In this document: piece after piece, positions 1 to 9,869 of the stretch
Layout: each line of letters begins with the position of its first letter
Numbering within the stretch: position 1 is the first letter of the stretch
NCBI GenBank assembly: GCA_015295945.1
Contig: DVED01000179.1
Span: 1,272 to 65,271, forward strand
DNA length: 64,000 nt
Reading direction: 5' to 3'
DNA from: Oscillatoriales cyanobacterium M59_W2019_021
GTDB taxonomy: Bacteria; Cyanobacteriota; Cyanobacteriia; Cyanobacteriales; Geitlerinemataceae
Made by a program: the position numbers and the translations under genes
The notes under the pieces: generated by a model
The model's database searches: none
The model's input: only the letters and a program-made list of their open reading frames with translations
What the model was told of the DNA's origin: nothing

Positions 1-8
1 AAGAGTTT

Positions 9-857
9 ATGGGTCCCCCCGGAGACTTCAATCCGACCCTAGTAATGTTTATCGCGGCGATCTCGATCGTCATCTTCTCCACCGTAGGATACTGGTGTTG
101 GGGTTGGTGGGATTGGTGCTGTTTTATGATGAACGTGTTGGCACTGCACATGGCGGGAACCGTCATCCACGATGCTTCTCATAACGTTGCCCACCGCAAC
201 AAAATTGCCAATGCCATGTTGGGACACGGCAGCGCGTTAATGTTGGGTTTTGCGTTTCCGGTTTTTACCCGCGTCCATCTCCAGCATCACGCTCACGTCA
301 ACGATCCCGACAACGATCCCGATCATTTTGTGTCCACGGGCGGTCCCCTGTGGCTGATTGCCGCCCGTTTCTTCTATCACGAGATCTTTTTCTTCAAGCG
401 GCGGTTGTGGCGCAAATACGAGTTGCTGGAGTGGTTTCTCAGCCGCTTATTCGTCGCCGCTCTGATTTATATTTCCATCCAGTATGGTTTTGTCGGCTAT
501 ATTCTCAATTTTTGGTTTTGTCCGGCGTTAGTAGTGGGTTTGGCTTTGGGGTTATTTTTTGACTATTTGCCCCATCGTCCGTTCCAAGAACGCGATCGTT
601 GGAAAAATGCCCGCGTTTACCCCAGTCCGGTACTGAATGTCCTGATTTTAGGACAGAATTACCACCTGATTCACCACCTTTGGCCGAATATTCCTTGGTA
701 TGCCTATCAAAGCGCCTATCGCGCGGCAAAACCGCTGCTTGACGAAAAAGGATCGCCCCAGTCTTTGGGAATTTTTGAAGGGGGTAAAAACTTTTTCAGT
801 TTTGTCTACGATATCTTTTTAGGAATTCGCTTCCATCGCCCTAAAAATTCCGCTTAA
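9..857 (+). CDS. crtR: beta-carotene hydroxylase, CrtR-type (membrane di-iron desaturase/hydroxylase superfamily); possibly 5'-truncated by the window edge
   Basis: Hydrophobic 282-aa ORF with three histidine boxes: HDASHNVAH, HLQHHAH, HLIHHLW. The frame stays open back to nt 3. Confidence 0.7.
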   Translation: MGPPGDFNPTLVMFIAAISIVIFSTVGYWCWGWWDWCCFMMNVLALHMAGTVIHDASHNVAHRNKIANAMLGHGSALMLGFAFPVFTRVHLQHHAHVNDPDNDPDHFVSTGGPLWLIAARFFYHEIFFFKRRLWRKYELLEWFLSRLFVAALIYISIQYGFVGYILNFWFCPALVVGLALGLFFDYLPHRPFQERDRWKNARVYPSPVLNVLILGQNYHLIHHLWPNIPWYAYQSAYRAAKPLLDEKGSPQSLGIFEGGKNFFSFVYDIFLGIRFHRPKNSA

Positions 858-892
858 TGATCGATCTCTCAAAGTGCGATCGGTTTTCAGCG

Positions 893-921
893 CCCGGTTT
901 TTCTAAAAAATCGGGTTTTTT
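893..921 (+). terminator. putative intrinsic terminator after crtR
   Basis: CCCGGTTTTT / AAAAATCGGG inverted repeat (893-915) followed by a T6 run (916-921). Confidence 0.4.
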
Positions 922-1025
922 AGCGATCTGGCGGATGCGAAGAAGCTCTAAACCAAGCTCGATCGAAAAATTGAAGAGTATAATTGATGTAATTTGAACT
1001 TTAAGAAGCTGAAAGGGCGATCGCC

Positions 1026-1610
1026 ATGACTACTAGCCTAGCACAGCAAAAATTCACCCTACAAGAATACCTGAACTACGACGATGGGACAGATACAAAA
1101 TACGAACTTGTAGATGGGGAATTAGTAGCAATGCCTCCCGAAAGCGATCAAAATAATTTAATTTCTCTCTACCTACTGGTAGAATTTTTAAAATTCGTTC
1201 CCATCCAACTCATTCGTCATAAAGATACCGAAATTGTGGTGACGGGTCAACGAACTCGCGTTCGCTTGCCAGATTTGACGATCTTAACTGAAGAATTCTT
1301 GGCGGCGATCAATGACAAACGAGCGACGGTTACTCAAGATATGCCCCCGCCAACGTTAGTGGTTGAAGTGGTTTCTCCGGGGAAAGCCAATGAGGATCGA
1401 GACTATCGCTACAAACGATCGGAATATGCCGCGCGGGGAATTCCTGAATACTGGATCGTCGATCCCAATCGAGATCGAGTGACCGTGCTAATCCTAGTTG
1501 ATGGACTGTATGAAGAAGCTGTTTTTCAAGGCGATCGGGCGATCGAGTCGATAACTTTTCCGGACTTAAAACTAACCGCATCAGAAGTTTTATTAGCTCA
1601 AAAAAGTTAA
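1026..1610 (+). CDS. Uma2-family (DUF820) putative restriction-endonuclease-like protein
   Basis: YELVDGELVAMPPE, PDLTIL, EVVSPG, D-Y-YKRSEYAARGIPEYWIVDP pattern typical of cyanobacterial Uma2 proteins. Confidence 0.8.
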   Translation: MTTSLAQQKFTLQEYLNYDDGTDTKYELVDGELVAMPPESDQNNLISLYLLVEFLKFVPIQLIRHKDTEIVVTGQRTRVRLPDLTILTEEFLAAINDKRATVTQDMPPPTLVVEVVSPGKANEDRDYRYKRSEYAARGIPEYWIVDPNRDRVTVLILVDGLYEEAVFQGDRAIESITFPDLKLTASEVLLAQKS

Positions 1611-2170
1611 TCGATCGATCTAAGCTCTTTTGTAAAACTTAATATACCGGACATCAATACGACCTCGAGTTTGGTAGAATTATCGCGATCGGAAGGCGAC
1701 ATCGCTTGCCCCCCTGTCTGCAACCCTTCTTCGACCTCGATCGGATGTGGAGGCGGATCTCCCCATTTCCGAAACTTCCCGCACGCCGAATCGATCGATT
1801 CGGAGTGCGTGACTGCATCTACCGCATCTCCTGTAACCTGCGAAATTTCGTAACATCTCGATGTCACGATCTGGATCGATCGGTCTTTCGGCATTCCGTT
1901 GATCGATGCCGTTGGCGATTACCAGATGGATCGAGACAAAATGAAGCGAGATTTATATACTAAGTAAAGTCTATGCGGACGATTCAAATGATGGGGAGAT
2001 CCACACCCTGCGATCTCCCCGCCCAAGCTTTCACCATTTCACCCGCTTTCGGACGCGCGTCAATTCCGGACGATCGCAGGTAAGTCGCGAAGAAATAACC
2101 GAACCCATGGTAGGGGGGTATTCACCGTTCTGGCTGCCCTTTGCTCGCAAAACCCCTAAACTCCTTCACA

Positions 2171-4792
2171 ATGATTGATTTATCTCGGCAAAAGTTATCC
2201 CGATGGATGCGATCGCAGTTTGGAGATCGGGGTTTTCGCCTGTTCGTACGCTTAACTGGATTGGCCGCTCTGGCGGCACTGTTGGTGGGGGTGGGAATTC
2301 CGGCAATGGCAACCAGCGATCTCCTCGCGTCCGATCCGCCAGCCGTTCGCTCCTTTGATGCCGATAGCATTCTGCAACAAGGCAAGCAAGCTTACCAAGC
2401 CGGACGGCTGGCGGAAGCGGCAGCACTGTGGCAGCAAGCGGCGGAAGCCTACCAACAAAGCGGGGACACTTTCAACCAAGTTCGAGCTCTCAATTACCTG
2501 TCGGTGGTCGCTCGGGATTTGGGAGAGTGGGAAAACGCACAAGTCGCGATCGAGCGCAGTCTCGATCTGCTGCACAACCAACCCCAACTCGACACTCGGG
2601 GAACGATCTTGCTCGCGCAAGCGCTCAACCATCGCGGGAGTTGGGAATTGGCAATGGGGCAATCGGAGGCGGCACTCTCCACCTGGCAGCAAGCGGAAGC
2701 CGCCTACGATCGAGCGGGCAACGAGATCGGCAAACTGGGCAGCCAAATCAACCAAGCGCAAGCCTTACAAGCTTTGGGGCAATATCGGCGATCGCGAGCG
2801 ATTTTGACTCGAATGACTCAAGACTTGCAATCTCAACCCGACTCTACCCTGAAAGCCGACGGACTGCGAAGTTTGGGACGCGCCTTGCAAACCGTGGGAA
2901 ATCTCCTCGAAGCCAAAGCGGTCTTGGAACAAAGTTGGGCGATCTCCGGACGTTTGGGCATCACCACGGATACGGGGGCAACGCTATTGAACTTGGGGAA
3001 TATCGCTCGAGAGCTACAACAATACGATGTTGCCCTGGATTACTACCGAGAAGCAGCCGCACGGGGGGGGACGGAAATGGCGATCGCCCAAGCCGAACTC
3101 AACGAATTCAGCTTATCGATCGCCACGGGAGCTTTCGAGCGTACCTTCGCTCTGGTATCCCCACTGCAATCGCGGCTCTCCCAACTGCAACCCAGCCGCG
3201 ATGCCATCTACGCGCGGGTTAATTTCGCCGCCAGTTTGATGCAGTTGCCGGAAAACCCCAATAACAACCCTCGACTTCTGAAGTTGGCAGCCGAACAGCT
3301 AGCCACCGCTGTCGGAGATGCCCGCCAATTACGCGATTCCCGTGCCGAAGCATCTGCCCTGACGGAGTTGGGTAAGCTCTACATCCAAACGCAGCAGTGG
3401 CAAGAGGGGAAAGCCGCGACCGAAAAAGCCTTGCAAATCGCTCAAGCTATCGATGCCGACGATGCGATCGCCCGCTCGGCGTCGCAATTGGGCTACGTGC
3501 TGGCAAAAGGGGGCGATCGCGCCGCAGCCTTGGCTGCCTATGCGACCTCCTTCGAGTCGCTCCAATCCCTGCGCGGCGACACGATCGCCATCAGTTCCGA
3601 CGTCCAGTTTGCGTTTAAAGACAGCATCGAACCCATTTACCGCGAGTATACCAGCTTGCTCTTACAAGCGGGCGCCACCCAAGCCGAACTCAAACAAGCT
3701 CGAGATGTCATCGAAGCCTTACAATTGGTCGAGCTGGATAACTTTTTCCAAGAAGCCTGTTTGGAAACCCGCCCGGTGCAAATCGATACCATCGATCCCC
3801 ATGCTGCCGTACTGCACCCGATTATTTTGAACGATCGTCTCGAAGTCATCCTCTCGCTGCCCGACGGAAGTTTGCAGCATTACAGCACCTCGTTACCGAG
3901 CGATCGCGTCGAAAACATTCTCCAACAATTGTCTTCTGCCATCTATTTAGGGTATTCTAAGGATAAGCATCAACCTGTAGCCCAGCAAGTTTACGATTGG
4001 CTAATTCGTCCAGCTAAAACCGAGCTAGAAAACCAACAGGTCAAAACGCTGGTATTTGTTTTAGATGGGTTCTTGAGAAACTTGCCAATGGGTGTCCTCT
4101 ACGATGGCAGGCAATATCTCGTCGAACAGTACGGCATTGCATTAAGTCCGGGATTGCAGCTTTTTCCAGAAGCCCTGGAAAAAAGCCAACTTAAAACGTT
4201 AGCCGTAGGCTTAACCGAAGCGCGTCAGGGATTTACCGCATTGCCAGGGGTGGCGGTAGAATTAGAGAAAATTGCCGAGGAAGTTGACGCTCAGGTGTCG
4301 ATCAACCGTCAATTTACCCGAGAACGCTTCCAAGAGCAGCTCGACGCCAAAGATTTCGGCATCGTGCATTTGGCAACTCACGGTCAATTTAGTTCTAACC
4401 CCGAGGAAACTTTTTTGTTGACTTGGGAAGACAAGATTAAGGTTCATGACTTCGATCGCCTGTTTAACAGTCCGGAACGCAGCGATCGTCCGGTGGAGTT
4501 ACTCGTTCTCAGTGCCTGCCAAACCGCAGCCGGGGATCGACGAGCCGCATTAGGATTGGCGGGGTTTGCCCTGCGATCAGGCGCTCGCAGTACTCTCGCT
4601 ACCCTGTGGTCGGTCAGCGATCGCTCCACTGCCGATTTGATGGCAACCTTTTACGATCGACTCGTTCGCTCGGATGCCAAACTTTCTAAAGCCGAAAGCC
4701 TGCGCCAAGCCCAAATCCAACTCCTAAAAGATCCCCGTTACAACCATCCGTTTTTCTGGGCGCCCTTTGTATTAGTTGGAAATTGGTTGTAA
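2171..4792 (+). CDS. TPR-repeat CHAT-domain (caspase-like) protein with N-terminal signal/anchor
   Basis: ORF 2141-4792. ATG at 2171 is preferred over TTG at 2141. Hydrophobic LTGLAALAALLVGVGIPAMA segment, a long TPR-like region, a CHAT His/Cys dyad context (HLATHGQF, LSACQTAAG) and the typical C-terminus FFWAPFVLVGNWL. Confidence 0.85.
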   Translation: MIDLSRQKLSRWMRSQFGDRGFRLFVRLTGLAALAALLVGVGIPAMATSDLLASDPPAVRSFDADSILQQGKQAYQAGRLAEAAALWQQAAEAYQQSGDTFNQVRALNYLSVVARDLGEWENAQVAIERSLDLLHNQPQLDTRGTILLAQALNHRGSWELAMGQSEAALSTWQQAEAAYDRAGNEIGKLGSQINQAQALQALGQYRRSRAILTRMTQDLQSQPDSTLKADGLRSLGRALQTVGNLLEAKAVLEQSWAISGRLGITTDTGATLLNLGNIARELQQYDVALDYYREAAARGGTEMAIAQAELNEFSLSIATGAFERTFALVSPLQSRLSQLQPSRDAIYARVNFAASLMQLPENPNNNPRLLKLAAEQLATAVGDARQLRDSRAEASALTELGKLYIQTQQWQEGKAATEKALQIAQAIDADDAIARSASQLGYVLAKGGDRAAALAAYATSFESLQSLRGDTIAISSDVQFAFKDSIEPIYREYTSLLLQAGATQAELKQARDVIEALQLVELDNFFQEACLETRPVQIDTIDPHAAVLHPIILNDRLEVILSLPDGSLQHYSTSLPSDRVENILQQLSSAIYLGYSKDKHQPVAQQVYDWLIRPAKTELENQQVKTLVFVLDGFLRNLPMGVLYDGRQYLVEQYGIALSPGLQLFPEALEKSQLKTLAVGLTEARQGFTALPGVAVELEKIAEEVDAQVSINRQFTRERFQEQLDAKDFGIVHLATHGQFSSNPEETFLLTWEDKIKVHDFDRLFNSPERSDRPVELLVLSACQTAAGDRRAALGLAGFALRSGARSTLATLWSVSDRSTADLMATFYDRLVRSDAKLSKAESLRQAQIQLLKDPRYNHPFFWAPFVLVGNWL

Positions 4793-4825
4793 CGACAGCC
4801 AGATTACCCGTTAGGAGAGATACCC

Positions 4826-5722
4826 ATGATGACCTCTTATAAATTTATTTCTAAAACCTTTACTGTTGTCACTTTAGCCAGCACGATTGCCATCGGATCG
4901 AGCCTATCCGCATCTGCTGGCGCGAGAATCCAATTCAATGCCCCCAACGATCCCGCTCCCACAGATACGACGGGCGGCGGCATTCGCGGTAACATTCGCT
5001 TCCAAGCCCCTGACGATGCCGCACTCGATACGTCTACCGGAGGCGGTATCCGAGGTAACGTACAGTTCCAAGCCCCCGGAGATGCTCCGGCAGACTCGAC
5101 GGGTGGTGGCATTCGCGGTGAAGAAGGTTTCCTCCCACCCGAAGATGCCGCGCCGCAAACCTCAACAGGTAGCGGGACGCGAGGGGAACTCATGACAGAG
5201 ATCGTTCCCCTTGTCCCTCCGGCAAAATACGGACGAACGATCGCCCCGCGCCCGACGGTTTTAGTTTACGTCCCCCCGACACCCACTCCCCAGAAAGCGT
5301 TCTTCAGCGTACAGGACGAACACCGCCAGAACCTGTACGAAACCACGATCGAACTGTCTGGCGAAGGCGGCATTATCCGCATTACCCTACCCGAGGATGC
5401 ACCGGAACTGGAACTGAATAAAACCTATACCTGGTTCTTTGCCCCCATGCCCGCCGACGGTTTCTTGCGTCCGGATAACTACGGCGTAGTGGGTTGGGTA
5501 AAGCGGGTGGAACCCCCTGCGGAGATGGAGACCGCCGCCAATTCGATCGATCGGGCAGTGGCTTACGCCGCTTCCGGCGTTTGGTACGATACCCTCAACA
5601 CCATCGCTACCGCCCAGCAAGCCGACCCCAACGATCCCACATTGACAACCGAGTGGAACGATCTGCTCGAACAAGTTGGGTTGGAACCCTTAGCAACTCA
5701 GCCTCTCACCCGATCGTTTTAA
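4826..5722 (+). CDS. DUF928-family secreted protein
   Basis: Signal peptide; three GGGIRGN-x-FQAP-DA repeats; KTYTWFFAP core. GGAGAG Shine-Dalgarno upstream, 33 nt after the CHAT gene. Confidence 0.7.
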   Translation: MMTSYKFISKTFTVVTLASTIAIGSSLSASAGARIQFNAPNDPAPTDTTGGGIRGNIRFQAPDDAALDTSTGGGIRGNVQFQAPGDAPADSTGGGIRGEEGFLPPEDAAPQTSTGSGTRGELMTEIVPLVPPAKYGRTIAPRPTVLVYVPPTPTPQKAFFSVQDEHRQNLYETTIELSGEGGIIRITLPEDAPELELNKTYTWFFAPMPADGFLRPDNYGVVGWVKRVEPPAEMETAANSIDRAVAYAASGVWYDTLNTIATAQQADPNDPTLTTEWNDLLEQVGLEPLATQPLTRSF

Positions 5723-5760
5723 CGGCGGCTAGGGCGCAGTAGCTTGCCAAGCCAGTAGAA

Positions 5761-5783
5761 TGTGTTGAGCGCCGAAACGCACC
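5761..5783 (+). repeat. copy A of a dispersed ~29-nt repeat (TGTGTTGAG..CGAAACGCACC)
   Basis: Matches 51649-51671 (same orientation) and the reverse complement of 33089-33111 at about 20 of 23 positions by hand alignment. Confidence 0.5.
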
Positions 5784-5801
5784 TTGGGAGTCTTAAAATC
5801 C

Positions 5802-5833
5802 AAAAACCTCCAGAGCGAGTCTGGAGGTTTTTT
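5802..5833. terminator. bidirectional intrinsic terminator between the DUF928 gene and psaM
   Basis: A5-CCTCCAGA-gcgag-TCTGGAGG-T6: perfect 8-bp stem flanked by an A-run and a T-run. Confidence 0.7.
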
Positions 5834-5852
5834 GGCTACCCGGAAAATTTCT

Positions 5853-5942
5853 CTACTTATAGAGTTCCGTGGATAGCCGGAAAGCGAGAATTCCGGGAAT
5901 CAGGGCAATGACCAATGCCACAAAAACTTGCGTATCTGACAT
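5853..5942 (-). CDS. psaM: photosystem I reaction centre subunit XII (PsaM), 29 aa
   Basis: Hand translation gives [29 protein letters not shown] followed by TAG. AAGGAG lies 11 nt upstream. Too short for the supplied ORF track; the track's 5857-6039 ORF is in another frame. Confidence 0.8.
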   Translation of the reverse strand: MSDTQVFVALVIALIPGILAFRLSTELYK

Positions 5943-6157
5943 AGTTAAGAAAACTCCTTAATCGTTTTAAGGTTTTAGAAATCAAAGGTTCTTGACACGC
6001 TACTGTCGTTCCGACAGCCGAGAAATGTGCTCGAGTCACCTCATCCCCACCCCAAAGGCGCGGGGATTGTAGCTTCCCGTACTTTTCCGGTCAATGTCAG
6101 CCAAGTTACTACGTTTGGGGGCGCACTTCAACAAAAGACAACAAAATGCAACAAAAC

Positions 6158-8554
6158 TCAGCTTCGTGCGAGTCGATCGCCCTCTACTAGAACCAGCCGT
6201 CCGTTTTCCACCCGTGCCTCGATCGTCGTTCCCGGCACAAAGCGTTCCTCTAGCAGGAATTGACTGAGAGGTTGTACCAGAAATTGCTCGATCGTCCGTT
6301 CCATTTCCCGGGCGCCAAATTGGGGATCGTAACCTTTATCCATCAGCAACTCGTACGCTGAGTCGGTCAATTTCAAATCGAGTAGCTGTGCCTGGAGGCG
6401 TTGTTGCAACTTCGCTAACAGTTTGTCGATAATCTGGCGAACGACAGGAGCGGTCAAGGGATAGAACCAAACCAGGCGATCGATCCGGTTGAGTAACTCC
6501 GGACGCAGGGATTGGCGGACGGTTTCGTGGATTTGTCGCTGGTAAGCTTGGGGATCGATTTCCCCGAGTCCTCCGGTGTCGAGTTCAAAGCCGAGCGATC
6601 GCGCCGAGTGCAAAGATTGCGTCCCCAAATTGGAGGTGAGAATAATCACCGTCTCCTTAAACGAGACGTAGCGACCGTGACTGTCCGTCAAATGCCCCTC
6701 GTCAAAAATTTGCAGGAAAATATCAAGAACTTGGGGATGGGCTTTTTCGATCTCGTCGAACAGAACGACGCTGTAGGGATAGTTGCGAACGGCTTGGGTG
6801 AGTTGTCCTTCCCGTTCGTAGCCGACATAACCGGGAGGCGCACCCACCAATCGGGAAACGGAATGGGGTTCCATATATTCGGACATATCCACGCGGATTA
6901 AACGGCGATCGTCGTCGAACAGGCATTCGGCAAGGGCTTTCGCCAGTTCGGTTTTCCCCGTTCCCGTCGAGCCGACGAATAAAAACACCCCGATGGGCTT
7001 GTGGGGGTCTTTCAACCCCGCCCGTGCCGTGCGAATGGCGTTGGCAACGCTGCTGGTGGCTTCGTCTTGACCGATGACCCGAGCCTTCAGAATATCTTCA
7101 AGTTGCAGGAGGCGTGATCGTTCTCCTTGGGTCAAGCGTTCTAGGGGCAACCGACAGCGTTGGGCAACCACTGCCAAGATTTCGCTTCTGCCAATGCGAC
7201 AGCTGCGGGAAAAATCGATGTGTTCTTGAGCGACGGTCAACCGCAAATCAGCACAAGCGCGATCGACTAAATCGATGGCTTTATCCGGGAAGTTAGCATC
7301 GGTCAAATAGCGTTCCGCCAGTTCTACCGCCGCTTCGATCGCCGCATCGGTAATATCGAGACCGTGATGTTTTTCCAGTTGGGGACGAATCCCTTGGAGA
7401 ATGGCGATGGTTTCTTCCGGCGAGGGTTCCGAAACCCAAATTGCCTGAAAGCGGCGCTCCAATGCCGCATCGGTTTCGATGGTCTGGCGGTATTCGCGAA
7501 TGGTGGTCGCGCCGATACAGTGGATTTCGCCTCGCGCCAATGCGGGTTTGAGGATATTCGCCGCATCGCTGGCACCGCCACCCCCCGCACCCAGCACCGT
7601 GTGGATTTCGTCGATAAATAAAATCACGTCATTGGCAACCGTCGCCTCGCTAATCAGCGCCTGCATCCGCTCTTCAAACTCGCCCCGATACTTTGACCCC
7701 GCCAGCAATCCCGACATGGCAATTTCCACGATCCGCTTGTTCTTGAGGGCGGGGGGCGTGGTTGTTCGGGTTAGCCACTGTGCCAGTCCTTCGACGATAC
7801 AGGTTTTGCCCACCCCGGCTTCCCCCACCAGGATGGCGTTGCGCTTGCGCTTCTGCATCAAAATACTAGCAAGATTTTGAATTTCCACCTGTCGCCCGAT
7901 AACAGGATCGAGTTGACCCGAAAGGGCGAGTTCGGTCAAATCTCGTCCGAAGCAGTCGAGAAAGGGGGTTTCTGCCTTAGTCATAGGCGGAAAGAAGGAT
8001 TCGGCTTCCATCCAGATGGGGGTATTGGGGGCGGGTTGTTCGTCGGTACTCGCGCGGTTGGCGAGGGGATTTTCCAGGTTACCCATTCCCATTTCTTCGA
8101 GCAATCCTTCCCAGGGAGACTCGCGTAACTCCAGGAGTGCTTGCAGGAGGTGGTAGGGACGCAGGACGGGTCGATCAACAGCTTGCAGGGAGGAAATTTC
8201 TTCCGCTCGCTCGAATACGCGGCGGGAGAGGGTGCTGCGGTGCATCACCCCCGATGGATTCGATTGGGTTGTCGAACTGTTGACGATCGATCGCAAGCGA
8301 CGTCGAAATCGAGTGCGATCGAGTCCCCAGGAGGCAAACCACTGTTTGAGGGTTTCGATATCGGTTTCAAACTCCTGTCGCTGCGCGCGATCGCGCCGAA
8401 TCGGTCGAGGACAATAGCGATCGGGATCGAGGTCGCACAGCTTGCAAACCCCCAATAACAGATGGGCGGGATCGATTTCCGAAGCCCGTCCGGTTTTGGC
8501 TTCGAGTGCTGCAATATTCCAAACTAAAATTATGCTAGGCGAGTAAACTGCCAT
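6158..8554 (-). CDS. Clp/Hsp100-family double AAA+ ATPase (ClpA/ClpC-like, no long M-domain)
   Basis: Two Clp_N-like repeats. D1 has GEAGVGKT and ILFIDEIH; D2 has GSTGTGKT and VVLFDEIEKA. Short D1-D2 linker; SLGFELD tripeptide-loop candidate. Confidence 0.85.
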   Translation of the reverse strand: MAVYSPSIILVWNIAALEAKTGRASEIDPAHLLLGVCKLCDLDPDRYCPRPIRRDRAQRQEFETDIETLKQWFASWGLDRTRFRRRLRSIVNSSTTQSNPSGVMHRSTLSRRVFERAEEISSLQAVDRPVLRPYHLLQALLELRESPWEGLLEEMGMGNLENPLANRASTDEQPAPNTPIWMEAESFFPPMTKAETPFLDCFGRDLTELALSGQLDPVIGRQVEIQNLASILMQKRKRNAILVGEAGVGKTCIVEGLAQWLTRTTTPPALKNKRIVEIAMSGLLAGSKYRGEFEERMQALISEATVANDVILFIDEIHTVLGAGGGGASDAANILKPALARGEIHCIGATTIREYRQTIETDAALERRFQAIWVSEPSPEETIAILQGIRPQLEKHHGLDITDAAIEAAVELAERYLTDANFPDKAIDLVDRACADLRLTVAQEHIDFSRSCRIGRSEILAVVAQRCRLPLERLTQGERSRLLQLEDILKARVIGQDEATSSVANAIRTARAGLKDPHKPIGVFLFVGSTGTGKTELAKALAECLFDDDRRLIRVDMSEYMEPHSVSRLVGAPPGYVGYEREGQLTQAVRNYPYSVVLFDEIEKAHPQVLDIFLQIFDEGHLTDSHGRYVSFKETVIILTSNLGTQSLHSARSLGFELDTGGLGEIDPQAYQRQIHETVRQSLRPELLNRIDRLVWFYPLTAPVVRQIIDKLLAKLQQRLQAQLLDLKLTDSAYELLMDKGYDPQFGAREMERTIEQFLVQPLSQFLLEERFVPGTTIEARVENGRLVLVEGDRLARS

Positions 8555-8646
8555 CGGCCAACCATCGTTTTTTGTCCGTGCCTTCTTTGATTATGCCCCA
8601 TGGTTTCGGTCGATTGCGAGTGGAGAAGAATCAACAGGATGGAGAG

Positions 8647-8847
8647 TTAAGACCGATCGCTGGATGACGGGAGATCGCAACTCGATCGTCCCCACACGAT
8701 CCCTTGCGGCGTCACTGTCGGGGCATTTGCCGTCAAAATCACCCCACCTTGGGCATCCACGTACCAGCCTTGTGCCTCCACCAAACGGCAAGCCGATGGG
8801 TACGTTGATGGTGAGTAGGGGAGGGGTAGCGGCAGTATCGGTGGCAC
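8647..8847 (-). pseudogene. possible relic of the C-terminus of a filamentous-hemagglutinin-type (two-partner secretion) protein
   Basis: The GTG-initiated 66-aa ORF contains ACRLVEAQGWYVDAQGGVILTANAPTVTPQGIVWG...C. This resembles the conserved C-terminal motif of cyanobacterial TPS passenger proteins as I recall it. No N-terminal domain is present. Confidence 0.3.
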
Positions 8848-8991
8848 TAAAGAAACTGCCGATTGTATAGGGTTATACTAGCTCGCTTGGGGAATTGAAG
8901 TCCGCTTTTTGGCTTCAACTCCGTGTTAAGAATTACAACCGATCGCCCCATCTCTCGATCGTCTGATAAAAGTGAATGGGGCCCGGATTTC

Positions 8992-9387
8992 TCAACCCGA
9001 TCGTTCATTATTCAGTTCCGATTGAATGGCGCGATCGAGTTCGCGCACGGTAATCGATTTCGGTAAAAACTGACGCGCTCCCAAAGCCAAAGCTCGGTCT
9101 CGCTCTTCGGCTGATTCTGAAGCTGAGAGAATCAAAATCGGGATCTGGCAATAAAGGGAGGTTTGCCATTTTTTCATGAGAGCAAAACCATCTAAGGTGG
9201 GCAAGTGTAGATCGAGGAGGATCGAATCGGGTTTGTACTTATCTAAACATTGCCAGAATGCGAACCCATCTGGCAATGCTAGAACGTCGTAGCCCAGAGT
9301 TTCTAGCAGTTCGCTCAAGCTCGATCGGTACAGATCGTTATCCTCAACCAAGAGGATTTTACAGGCTTTTTTTGGGATACTAGTCAT
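8992..9387 (-). CDS. single-domain response regulator (CheY-like receiver)
   Basis: KILLVEDNDLY, ILLDLHLPTLDG, ILILSA, LPK. ATG at 9387 (MTSIPKK) is preferred over the upstream ORF start at 9462. Confidence 0.85.
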   Translation of the reverse strand: MTSIPKKACKILLVEDNDLYRSSLSELLETLGYDVLALPDGFAFWQCLDKYKPDSILLDLHLPTLDGFALMKKWQTSLYCQIPILILSASESAEERDRALALGARQFLPKSITVRELDRAIQSELNNERSG

Positions 9388-9869
9388 AGGGATATTTTTG
9401 AAAAACATGGGTAAATGCCTCTCCTGGCCAAGCCTCAAGTCGCGAGAACTAAAGATTCCCATCGTTCCGATCGGACTGGGACTTCACTAAATTTTGGCAC
9501 GCAATTAAAATGCCACGAGCTTACTCCCCGATCGCCCAAGATAGAATCGATCGGAAAAATGACAATAGCTTCTGCCGAACTCTTCCTCCATTCGTTAGGC
9601 AATCCGATCGTAGGAAGAAAGTTACGACAATCGCTATATAGCAGAGGACAGAAGGCTCCAAGGAAAAAGGTTAACGAGTCTGGGTTTCAAATTGTGCCTT
9701 TTTCCTAAGCGCCATGCGCTTAGCTATATCTTTAGGGTATTCAATTTTTTCGAGGGCTACATCACCAAAACGATGATTCTAGGCTCCTTCTTTTGGAGGG
9801 TCGAAACGAACCAAAAACTATAACAATTTCGGAAAATTTTTGAATCGATCGTATCACTGTCGATCGAGA

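Noticed and set aside
1607-1963. Overlapping 60-95 aa ORFs in the 530-nt spacer between the Uma2 and CHAT genes
   Set aside because: They are mutually overlapping in several frames with no motifs or RBS. Coding status cannot be supported from sequence alone.
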